Assembly: GCF_000150275.1 (NCBI RefSeq)
Contig: NW_002060944.1
Coordinates: forward strand, 3,910,123-3,974,122
Length of the DNA stretch: 64,000 nucleotides
Reading direction: 5' to 3'
Origin: Trichoplax adhaerens
Lineage: Eukaryota; Animalia; Placozoa
The position numbers were made by a program, and so were the translations under genes. Shown here piece after piece: positions 39,003-50,535 of the stretch (its first letter is position 1; every line of letters begins with the position of its first letter). Under the pieces are notes generated by a model. That model was not told the DNA's origin and did no database searches. It was given only the letters and a program-made list of their open reading frames with translations.

Positions 39003-40871
39003 TTGGACCTACCAATCCGCACCTGCCCTTGACTTGTGGTTTTAAAAAATTTTTGGAGCTCAAAGTGTGCGGTAAAACTTAGGTGGTTATCGCACGATAC
39101 AAAACTTGTAGAATTAATTAATGAATTCGTTTTTGGTTGTTATGGAAATGCTGGTGCTATTCACTTGACCGCTGCAGCACGTAGTCCAATGTCTAATAGA
39201 CAAGAGACCAGAAAGCTGCTATGCACGGTACAGTAATGTTCAGTAATGTTCAGTATAAACTTACAGTATAGTACAGTACTACAGTACAGTATGAAACCAC
39301 CATACCGTTCTCTTGTGTACAGTACAGTACTATGTAGTGTGTTTACAGTGCATAGTACTGTGAATCATGTGATGAATACCGTACTGTACAGTGTACAGTA
39401 CAGTATGTCTGTACAGTATGTACTGTACAGTACTGTACTGTCATCATTCCATTGCAACCAATTCTGGTGTACTGTACTGTACAGTACTATGCAGTGTGTT
39501 TACAGTGCATAGTACTGTGAGTCATGTGATGAATACCGTATTGTATGTACTGTACAGTACAGTACTGTCATCATTCCATTGCAACCAACTCTCGTGTAAT
39601 GACTAATGCTGCATTCTGCTGTGTCAAGTAATAGGGAGAAATATTGTAGATACCGTAGACGAATAGACAAGGGACGAGAAAACTGCTTTGCACAGTACAG
39701 TATGAAACCACCATACCGTTCTCTGGTATACTGTACTGTACAGTACAGTACTATGCAGTGTGCTTACAGTGCATAGTACTGTGGGTCAGATGATGAATAC
39801 TGTACTGTATGTCTGTATGGACTGTCATCATTCCATTGCAACCAGCTCTCGTGTAAAAAAAGGCCATTGACTAGACCTGACATTACAACACTCAGTAAAT
39901 GAGTGTTGTAATCCTCATTTACTGAGTGTTCTAAGCCGTTAAGACTGAATTCAATATTGACGGATTGAACTTGGATTTGAATTGTCTTTGACGAAGGAGT
40001 ATTATTGAAATGGGGACAGGATCGTATCCACTGTAGCCATCGTTACAAATGATCTACTCACTCATAGCACATGATAGCACCAGTACTACATTATTTTAAC
40101 GATGACCTTTTGTGAAAGGAATGTTGAGCTTTCCAAAATTGGCCATCCTATCAATCAGCACCTGCCCTGGACTAGTAGTTTTTTAATTTTTGGAGCTCAA
40201 AGTTGTCGGTAAAACTCAGGTGGCTATCGCACGCTACAAAACTTGTAGCATTAATCAATTTATTTTGGGGTTGTTATGGGAATGCAGCAGCTATTCACAT
40301 CACCGCTGCAGCACCTAAAGCAGTCCAATATCTAATGGTGTGCTCTGCTATGTCCAATAATGAATTGATATACGTGTGTACAGTATAGTCATAGGGAGGA
40401 AAATTGTAGATACCGGAGACGATAGACAAGACACTAGAAAACTGCTTTGCACAGGACACCTAGAGTAGTCCAATGTCTAATGCCGTCCTCTGCTATGTCC
40501 AATAATTAAGGGATAATGAATTGATATACTGTACAGTATGTATGTACAGTACTGTACAGTGTACAATCATTCCATTGCAACTAGTATGGTGTGCCTTCTC
40601 CTTGATTCGCCCCTGCAAAAAGGCCATTCACTCACTCATCTACTGAGTGTTGTACTGTAGAAGTCGTAAAGACTGAACTCAATATTTGACGGATTGAATT
40701 TGGATTTGAATTGTCTTTGACGAAGAAGTATGGTTGAAATGGGGACAGGATCGTATCCACAGTAGCCATGGTTGCAAATGATTGACTCACTTCTAGAACA
40801 TGATACCGGTACTGGTTTACTTTTAACGATGACCTTTTGTGAAAGGAATGTTGAGCTTTCAATAGTTGGCC
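39003..40871. repeat. Degenerate local tandem duplication with internal TACAGT-rich repeats
   Basis: Block 39003-39180 resembles 40140-40314. Block 39914-40144 resembles 40634-40871. Sub-blocks 39282-39450, 39470-39600 and 39692-39855 repeat one another, and 39620-39693 resembles 40390-40455. Confidence 0.85.
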
Positions 40872-41911
40872 GTTATGTCATGCAGGGGCCATTAATAATA
40901 ATAATAATAAATAAATAACGATGATAACGTTAACTGTATGACGCAATGAATGCATGCTTTTCAACTGCTTGGTCACGTTGCAGTCATTAGTATTGTCCTT
41001 TCTGACAGTGGAGGAGAAAAGGACCAAGCAGACCTGGCTCCACTATGAGCCATTAATGAAGCATTGAGTAGGGGTGGGGACTGGTGCCGGATGTTACAGT
41101 ACCATCGAAATTAATCAAGGCGTTTGCATTTGACGGTGTCGGCAAGCGTGAACATTATTCGATCACGATCATACAAAAGACTCTACTCTGTCGACATGAT
41201 TCAACACCTCACCTTGGGGAATGAATGGAGAAATCCAGTACAGTACAGTGCTTTGGACTGTACTGTACTTGTACAGTGAATGCCCACTTGAGTTCAATGT
41301 ATGTACTGTAAGCTACAGTACTGTACTGTAATAGGGCACTGTTTGCAGATTGACACTGTTGGAAGATTGAAGCACGCGTTCTCCGTTGTACTGTATGATA
41401 GCGTTGTTAACTGGCAAACACCCCCGGGGTACTTGGTGTGTGTGTGAGGGTTAGTTTTAACCATTAAACTATCGGCTCGCTTTCAACTGCATTAACGGAT
41501 TTAACCTGCTGTTTTTGCCCAACTGGGTAGGTTGGAATGGCTTCCATTTGCCAACTTTTCTTTATTGTTACTGTAGTTTAAGAATTAAATTGAATCTCAG
41601 ATCAACATCGTCTTGAGTCGACGATACGATCCATCGTTTTCCAAGTTGGATTGATACTCTTTTTTATTATTATTCTCCTTATAGGTTTGCGGAGGTTAGT
41701 CATTCCATTACGTTTACCTACGCTGTCCGATCCAAGCTAATCTTCCAATCGTAGCAGACAGTCTTGCGGCAATCGGCTGGATACGCTTGTTGGTCTAGCC
41801 TTTTAATAAAGTAGAAAAATTAAAAAAGAGAGAGTCAAGAAAAAGCCATTTTTACCTTGTTGTTTTTGATTCTAGTTACAAATCACTTTGACCTCAACAT
41901 TCATCATCATT

Positions 41912-42718
41912 ATGTCGACTGGCCCTTTTAAGTGTAAGTATGCTCTTGTTTGTGAGAGTGTTCCCGATAGTTACGCTTCACAATCACTACGTTCGCGTGA
42001 ACCCAATGATCCAATCGATATCGATTTGGCACGCCGTCAACACGCTGAATATATTAAATTGCTGAAAGATTTAGTGGAAAATATCATCACTATTCCTTGC
42101 GATGAAAATTATCCTGATTGCGTCTTTGTTGAAGACACTGCAGTCGTCTTGGATGGAACAGCGTTAATATGTCGCCCTGGTGCTGAATCACGTCGAGGCG
42201 AAGTCGATGCCGTGCGCCAAAAATTAGCCGAGTTAAAATTACGCATTGTCGAAGTGGAAGCACCTGGCACCCTTGATGGTGGCGATGTTGTATTTACTGG
42301 CAAAGAAATCTTTGTTGGCATCTCAAATCGTACCAACATAGCTGGTGCAACAGCAGTGGCTCGTGCCTTTCCTGACTATCAAGTTTCCATGATCAAAATT
42401 AAGGGCTCTCTCCATCTTAAATCAATCTTGACCATGGTCGATTCGGAAACCTTAGTTGTCGTCGGCAATGAATATGGTAAAAAAGTCATTGAAAACATGC
42501 AAAATAATTGCAATTATATCTATCAAAAAATAACCGTTCCTGAAGGTGGCGCTAGCAACTGTCTTCATGTCAACGACAATATTATCCATGGTAGCCCATC
42601 GGAAATAGAAGACGTTGAAAAATTTTTCGAAATCATGAACAAACCAACTTATCATGTTGAAAATTCGGAATTTAATAAAGCCGATGGCTGCTTGACTTGC
42701 CGATCTGTCTTGTTTTAA
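41912..42718 (+). CDS. DDAH1: N(G),N(G)-dimethylarginine dimethylaminohydrolase (DDAH1-type, catalytic Cys present); intronless CDS
   Basis: Single 268-aa ORF from ATG 41912 containing ARRQH, PDCVFVEDTAVV, RPGAESRRGEV, LDGGDV, LHLKS and KADGCLTCRSVLF*. Asp-His-Cys catalytic positions appear conserved. Confidence 0.95.
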   Translation: MSTGPFKCKYALVCESVPDSYASQSLRSREPNDPIDIDLARRQHAEYIKLLKDLVENIITIPCDENYPDCVFVEDTAVVLDGTALICRPGAESRRGEVDAVRQKLAELKLRIVEVEAPGTLDGGDVVFTGKEIFVGISNRTNIAGATAVARAFPDYQVSMIKIKGSLHLKSILTMVDSETLVVVGNEYGKKVIENMQNNCNYIYQKITVPEGGASNCLHVNDNIIHGSPSEIEDVEKFFEIMNKPTYHVENSEFNKADGCLTCRSVLF

Positions 42719-42994
42719 CTCATCCGATATCAACAACCCAAGGCAATCATAACAAAGAAGAAATTTCTACTCTCCATCTTCTATCCCATCCATGACGTAC
42801 TTGCTGTTGCCAATGGGATCCAACCGAACTAATAACCATAACTTTTACAATAATTAAAAACTTTTTAGTCAGCAGTATTATTATAATTATCAAGAGTATA
42901 GACAACTGCAATCATCATTTTTAATCATCAATATCCCTTCTATTGCCACATTTACCTATCTCAGTAATATCGTCTTACCATTTTATTACCATCA

Positions 42995-42996
<2 letters not shown>

Positions 42997-43025
<29 letters not shown>
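42997..43025. repeat. (ATT)n microsatellite downstream of DDAH
   Basis: About 9 consecutive ATT units. Confidence 0.85.
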
Positions 43026-44283
43026 CTTCTACCCACAGATACCGTAATATTCTACAGTTGTTGTCTAGTTGTCCTTGATGAAGAGATTATATTATTATTT
43101 TATCCACATTTTATCTAAACGAATTGAGACATTTTGTTTCGATTGCGGATAGCGATGAGAACTATTTGTTTTAATTTGATTTTCTAGAATGAAGTGATCT
43201 GATATCGTTACTAAAAGTACAGTACAGTATAGTAGTTGGTTGTTAATGTTTGTGGTCACATACAGTACTAACACACGCCCAAAATATTCTTTCCAAATAT
43301 GTATTCTCCCGCTAGGGCTTTTATTACCAGCACATTTGCATGGATAACATGTTCACCATGTTGTCACCCAAGTTTGTATCATTTTGCACTGTTTGCCATC
43401 TATTGCAGTTGAAATGTTCTCCTAATGATGTGATTGCTTTGCATAAACTATATTACTAAATATAGTCAATGGACAATTTACCATCCTAGTTTTACCAAAT
43501 TGCTATGATATCAGTCAATTAATTATGGGATGTTTAGATTGATGACGTTTCTTACTAAGGGGGCTTTAAATATTTTATTTGGATTAATACCACTGTTACT
43601 CCGTGAAAGCATACTTTGGTGAAATTGATGTAGTTCATATTCAGTATAAACTAGAATAACATTTGTTTTGAGTTATTAAAAAGAATCAATTGATTTTTGC
43701 TTGCATCTTGGCATGGATTGAATGTGGTTAAATTGGCCAACTTTTTTTTTCTATTTACAATTTATCAATAATGTGGATATTTGACTTTACCATATTGTTC
43801 CTTACGTTCAACAACGTTTCAAGCAGTACTATTCGTGACGTTAGATGTACTATAGCAGCATGGCTATTCAAAGCAAGTGTGAATTACAAATACAAGCCTT
43901 CCAAGGTATTCATCCTCTAGTAAATATTACCCTTCCTCTTGGATCTGCCGTATCGAATGACGATACGGCAGATCCAGATTGAAATTGAAAAGGAAACGAT
44001 GTTCATTAGTCAATCTTATTAGTCAAAAAAGTGCGATATTCCCTCCTGTGATGATGCACTTGAAACGTTCAGATTAATCCATTTCGTGAATAGAAATTAT
44101 GTGAACAAACTTTGGTAGTACCCATGTAGAAGGTACAGTAGAGATAAAACATGATCGGATGACGTTGTAAAATCTGCGCGATTTTGGTTTCAATTGCTTT
44201 GGAAAATGGAATCAATGCTACTTTGAACTGAATGTAGACAATGCTCAGCATGGAGTTGCTAAATTCTTAAATAAATAAATAGG

Positions 44284-44442
44284 TTACAATTATGGCTAGT
44301 GTCGTTCAGTTGATACCATATAAAAAACTTAGCGTAGATTTGATTACAATTATGACTAGTGTCGTTCAGTTGATGCGACATAAAAAACGTAGCGTAGATT
44401 TGATTACAATTATGGCAAGTGTCGCTCAGTTGATGTAGCATG
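44284..44442. repeat. 60-bp minisatellite, about 2.6 copies
   Basis: TTACAATTATG(G/A)C(T/A)AGTGTCG(T/C)TCAGTTGAT at 44284, 44344 and 44404. Confidence 0.92.
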
Positions 44443-47011
44443 AAAGATGAAAAAACTTTGATTTTGCAGTCTAGACAATTTTATCATATTAGAGTCGCTA
44501 TTTGGCCTTTTTTGGCCTTCTTAATGGAACAGTGATTATTATTATATTCAATACTAACCCATCATATAATTACAAGTGTCAATAATTAGAACAAGGCAAC
44601 TTTCTTCCCTATCCTGCGCCAGTGACTGTGGCAATGATAATTTTAGTAACTCAATACTGCGGACTACTATGATGTGGTAGTCCATATCAAAAGCATACCT
44701 ATCCTTTGTAATAACCGCTCAATAACATTTGTACACTGTAATTAGTTCTAGTTCTATTGGGAAATTACGAGTACCGTGGGATTTCCACTTCATAACCGAT
44801 CCATCCATATGGTATATCGAGGTTATGAAGCTACGACCTTTGATTTATACATTAAAAATATCGTAGCTATGAATAACTATCACTAATGAAACGAAATAAA
44901 TACAGTAAAAGATAATATGAATGAAGAATCCTAAAGCGCTCGTTATGATTTACAGATAGTAGAGTTGCAAAGGTAACAACAATATCGTGGTAAAGATAAT
45001 AAATTTAAGAAATTGGGAAACGTCCGTGATTACTTATGAAATGCGTAAGTACAGTATATCGTCAATTTCGATTATTTGCATACGCTACAGTAGAACTACC
45101 TATTCTACAAGGTCCTAGCGAGCGTCTTACAGGTAAAGAATTAGAAAGCATCTGTTACTATTGGCAGCAGAATTCATGGTATACGACAATGCTTAATTAT
45201 CTACCTATAGTAGAACTATCAATTTAAAAGGTTTTACTAAAGATGCGGCTTCCCTAGACATTACTTTGTTTGCTGCCACTGTATTCTTTAAAAACAGAGA
45301 AATGAGGTATATTTACTTCCGATCATAAGATTGACACAGTTGATTGCCTACTGACAATGCCATTAAGCCTGAACTGTATTAACTATTCATGACAGGGTTA
45401 AAATGGAAATATAACGACTTTTTCATTTTTTTTATTACCTCTTAATGTATCAAGTAAGCAATAAAATAAGTAACAATTTTCAACTTGGCCTTCATGGATA
45501 CTTCTTTTAAGGCTAATCATGATGATCGTGACGTCATGGTCTTCACGACGAAGCAATAATGGAAATTGGCCTGATATTCGTAAAATTATCAATGGATCTT
45601 AATTAATTTATTACTAATAAGAAATTTCTTAATCAAATTGTACCTGGCTTTCTATGCAAACCTTACCTGGATACCAGCTCTATTTATTAAGCAATAACTT
45701 TAAGTAACATAATGGAGACAAAAAAAATTGATGATAATAGCTTTCATTCTTCTCAGTGAGAAGGAAAATAACCTGAAACTTTCCCACACTAGAACTTAAT
45801 TATAATAGGATCAACATATTTTATTCTTAATAGTAATGATAGAGTAATCCTATTAGGCTTCGATTGTTTCAAGATATGAATGTTCATTCTTTCATTTTTG
45901 ATGAATTCCACATAAACTAGACAATAATACGGTGTGGCTTATCCTCTCACTTGCTATGCTATTGTATTACCTGAGATACAGGGTTAGTTATGGTTCTAAA
46001 TCACTGTATGAGTTTAGCCGCATCCAAACTGTAGATTTATTGTAAGTAACTTTAACAATTTACTTCAGTCGTTTCTATGTACACCTACAGTATGTATGCT
46101 TCAAATACATGTCACCAGGCGACATAATTTGTATCATCTATCAAATGAGCAATCAATATCAATTAAATCACCCCTTACATCAACAGTAGATACAGTTGTA
46201 TATGTAGCAATATTACTGCAATGTTGAAAGTTTTTTATTCATTAATGCTAAAAGACAAAGTTAATCTTCTTTCTTACGAGGAAAACACCAGTGTTATGTA
46301 TAATACAAAATCGATCAGTAATTGAACTGGCATTTGAACATAGCAATATAAACGCATCACTGCAATGATATTCAGACTGGTAGAAATGAATTAGTCGACA
46401 ATTATTTAACAAAAACTATTGTTAAAAATTCTTAGTGCTCATGCTTGACTGTAATTTAATGTAGAACATAAATCACACAATCTAGAACTCAAATTGAAGG
46501 CTAGCAACACTAATGAGAGTATCACTGATATAATGTTACCTATCGAAGGTAATTCATACTAAAAACAATACAAATGAAAAATCAAATGTACTATTTTAAG
46601 GTATCGGGTATAGCACATATTATCCTTTCATTTATTATTACTTGTGTATAAATCATACAAGTTAATCAAGTTGATACTAGTTTTACAATAAATAAGTACA
46701 CGTAATCAGGAAGTACGTAATTTTACTCTACCATATTCATGTGAACTACAATTGACAGTAAACTCAATTCTACGATAATTTGAATATGTCATTACAGTAT
46801 ACACATTTTCGTATAACCAGCACCATCGCTGTTCCCTTAAGAACTACTACATAGCAGATTTCCAATACTAATGGTACTTCGTATTACACTGTATTGTAAA
46901 TTATAATCAGCTATCTATTACATCGTATGTAGAACGATCGCTATTATCTACTACTTCATATTGCGATCTAGTATCCTACTTCATATCCAATTTGAATCCA
47001 TGATTGATAAT

Positions 47012-50000
47012 TCAGATATTATCACTAAATTGAGTAAGGATCTAAAGTATAAAATCGTATCGTTAGCATTCTATGCCAATATTTTTATAGCAATATATTG
47101 TACTATTAATTAGATGGAATGCAATAAATCTATTTTAAAAGCATACTTTAAATGTTGTGATATTCTCTTCGTAGATTCGTAATTATTTTACCTCATCCTT
47201 TAATTGCGAAGGCATAAGAGAAAGATAAGCATCACTGTATGGAGGTTGAATGGACGTAAATTGCTGTGCAATCAGATCACGACCAATTATCTCATGCGTA
47301 TCCTGAAAAACAATAATATCTAAGACATGTAGACGAAATTGAATTAGAAAAAATTATACGTATAACTGCTGTACTGCCTCATACCATAGGAACCCTGGTA
47401 CGCCAGTCATCGTCAACCAGTTCTATATGCTGCAACTTACGAAGGCGAAGTCGCTCCTTTCTATAGACATTCTCAGCTAGTGTCGTGATAGGAAAAATAT
47501 CAATTAAAACCCTTTTAACGCAGAACAGTATTTCGAAAGAGCCGAAATTTAATCTACTGTAATAAAACTCTATTAACAATGCTAAATATAAGTTACGTCT
47601 AATAATTTACTTCGTTTCTTCGATTGTACCGGTGATTCATCATTGCTAATATTATGATGAGAATACAAATCGTTACTGTTTGTAGTATCGTCAAGATCAT
47701 TACCATCCGAAAGTTTGAAAACATTTGCAGCTTCGTTAGTAATCGTTGTTTTAGACGTGCATTCATTCCCAGCCACAGATTGATAACTACTCCTTGTCTG
47801 ATCTTTCGAAGGAGTCTCTCGAGCTATAGAAGCTAATGGCACTTGCTTACTCTGAGCTTCATGTGGTCGATTCTGTGATAAACTCGCTAATAAATGTCTA
47901 CCAGTCTGATTAAAATTAGATGCGGTGACTCTGTATTGATTATTGTCTACGATTTCTAATTTAATTTCTGATATTTCTTTAAACGCTAAAGATGCAAAAT
48001 GCATTGATTGAAGAATTAAATTGGCATTAGCTTGAATTCTGACTGACGAAACCTGCAATTAAGATAAAATTCTTTTTCATCAAATAGTCAAGTCATATCA
48101 CAGCAAAAGATTAAAGGTTAAAGAGGAATTTAAAATCTTTAAACATGTATAAAATTTTCCTTACATTTACGTGTCCACCAGAAGATGATTTTGCCATTTC
48201 CAAATACAAATTACTATGAGTAGGCAGGAACCTTGAATAGCAATTACTTAATTCCATCATTTTATTTAAAATTTCTAGTGGCATCCTTTTTATAGAAGTA
48301 AATACATGATGTGACGTATTAGTTATATGTTATCATAAAAGTGTTCACAATCATACAGTGTCCTACCTTATTTGACTATTGTTCGGATTCCTAGTTATCT
48401 GTAAGCAAATACATCATAAACTAAGTTATAGCTTTATATAAGCTATAGGTATATTTATTTATTAAGATTGCAGTAAATCGAGCCTAACCACTGGGATAGG
48501 GAACTGGCTATCTAATAGTTTAAAAGCTGCGTTGTAATGCTCCTGTACAGATTCAGCACGTTTTTCAAGATCAAGAACCTACCATAAAATAAAGCAATCA
48601 ATCCTGACTACCCCTTTAATGGACAAATAAGTATTTTGGTGCAACCAAATAAATCTAGCTATTGTTACAGTTTACTTATGTAATATACATATGGCACTGG
48701 CAAATTAACAAGTAATCATAATCATTAATGCACAAAGGAATGAAAATAAATTATCAATACTTCTTTGATGTATGCAGGCTCGAACGATTGAACAGGAACC
48801 TCTCCAAGTACATTTCCTTCTACAGTACTATCGGTCTGAAGAATGGAAGCATAAATTAGATACTATAGTCTATGTATCTCTAGCCTCTAATTATCAGCAG
48901 TGCTCAATTGCGATAATAAAATGGTAGAATCATTAAGAATCAATTACTGAAATACAATGTCTAAATCTTACAGTAGAAATTTGACTAGTTGTTGCCGCCT
49001 TGCTTCCTTCTTTAGCTATCGATGTAGTTTCGGTCACATTTACAGAGAATTGAGTTGTAAAAATTTAAGCAAATAAATCGTAATTATCTGCTAAAATATT
49101 GTAACGTTGGCCGCAAAAAGCATCAGTTGGAATTTAATGTATTTAATAACAATTAAGCAATCCTTAGGACAGTATTTAACAAAGTTCTAGCATTTCATTC
49201 GTCAGCAACCTGTATTGCTATCCGATGTTCGTTTTTTTGGCTTTTCTACCAAATGTAGCGTACACCCGTCTGTCAACGTCAATAAAAGAAAATATATCAT
49301 AGTAAATAATCGGCTATAATGTATTAATAATCACTAGAAAATACCCGAGCAATTAAATTGTAAACTCGGTATTACAATTGCTTTTAACTCTATACAGCTA
49401 TTTCTTTCAATAATCAATCTATAATGCTAATGTTGCATCTTTTACTCTCAAGTTAAGATACGTAGCACTGTCGTTGTTCGTAGTATACATACCAAACTCA
49501 CGTAACGATCGGTCATCGTCTATAGCTCTGGCATTATATATTAAGCGTTGCCTTTCTGCCGGAATGTTCTGTTCATAATGACGACGATAACAAATAAATA
49601 AATGAGCACCATATACAGTAATATAAATACTCGTGTCAATCGTTTGATGGCCTTATAATATTTACATACGGCCGATGACTAAAATTTGTCTCAATGACTA
49701 TAATTTAGTTTGATGTTAAGTATACCATAGGCTTACGACAAGCTATATTTCAGGTTGCGTTAACTTGACTATTAATTTACGTACGCTCTAATGTGTGAAA
49801 ACACCAGTAATTCTCTGCAAATTAGTGTAACGGACTTGTCTCCATAATCATGTCAAGTTATAACAGTAGTCGAAAGGGTGCAAATTACTCATCAATAAGT
49901 AAGCATAGTATGCATCTTACGTACTACTGTAAAGTATCGCGTAATAACAATGTAAACATTGTGCTGTAGTCTGTAGAATATGCTCTTGAACAATTAGTAT

Positions 50001-50535
50001 TAAAGTCTATCTATAACTATACTATTCGAGACCGCCGTTATGTTACAGTAGAAGGGAAAGACTGATTTCGAACATTACTTTACAACAATTAGAATCGAAT
50101 TCTTACCGTTGATTTCTCAAGGAGTAACTTCAAATCGGACACCGTATCCTATGAAGAAAATGTAGAAAATTAGTTATGTTAAATGAAGATGTCAGAGAAG
50201 GTCTTCCAATAGCTATACCAATGTACTATATTTACTGTCACTGATACTCTCTTATTACTAATACCCATAAACCATATCAGTGATTACTGAAGAGTTATAG
50301 TACGTTTCTTTAAAACATTTGATACCATCCTATAACAAACTATTAGATAAGAATTCTAGCTTTTACTAGAACTACTCCTATACATTAGGATTCATAGCAT
50401 GTAAATCAATGTATAGTAAAGGGCCTAGAATCTTTAGTAGCTGTTAAAAACGATTGTTATCATAGCTGATGATACCTCTGGTGTTACATCGACTTCTCTG
50501 GTCTTTTGATCCAATGTTTTAATGGTTATTTTCAT
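47012..50535 (-). CDS. Short BAG6-like protein (N-terminal UBL plus the QPPxSDAYL segment), about 400 aa
   Basis: Exons approx 50535-50476, 50148-50107, 49568-49493, 49269-49210, 49015-48972, 48835-48761, 48578-48489, 48398-48367, 48231-48165, 48052-47597, 47471-47385 (acceptor uncertain), 47302-47192 and 47041-47012 (or read-through to a stop near 47183). UBL: MKITIKTLDQKTREVDVTPEDTVSDLK..IPAERQRLIYNARAIDDDRSLREF..TLHLVEK. C-terminal: WRTRVPMDTHEIIGRDLIAQQFTSIQPPYSDAYLSLMP. Confidence 0.8.

Noticed and set aside
39036-40862. Several 60-90-aa ORFs in the duplicated intergenic region
   Set aside because: Repeat-derived; frames are not preserved between duplicated copies and no domain is recognisable.
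42109-42736. Minus-strand ORFs overlapping DDAH
   Set aside because: Antisense shadows of the DDAH CDS.
45630-45980. Cluster of minus-strand CAG|GT donor-like sites suggesting micro-exons
   Set aside because: No consistent reading frame or recognisable product could be built; needs RNA-seq.
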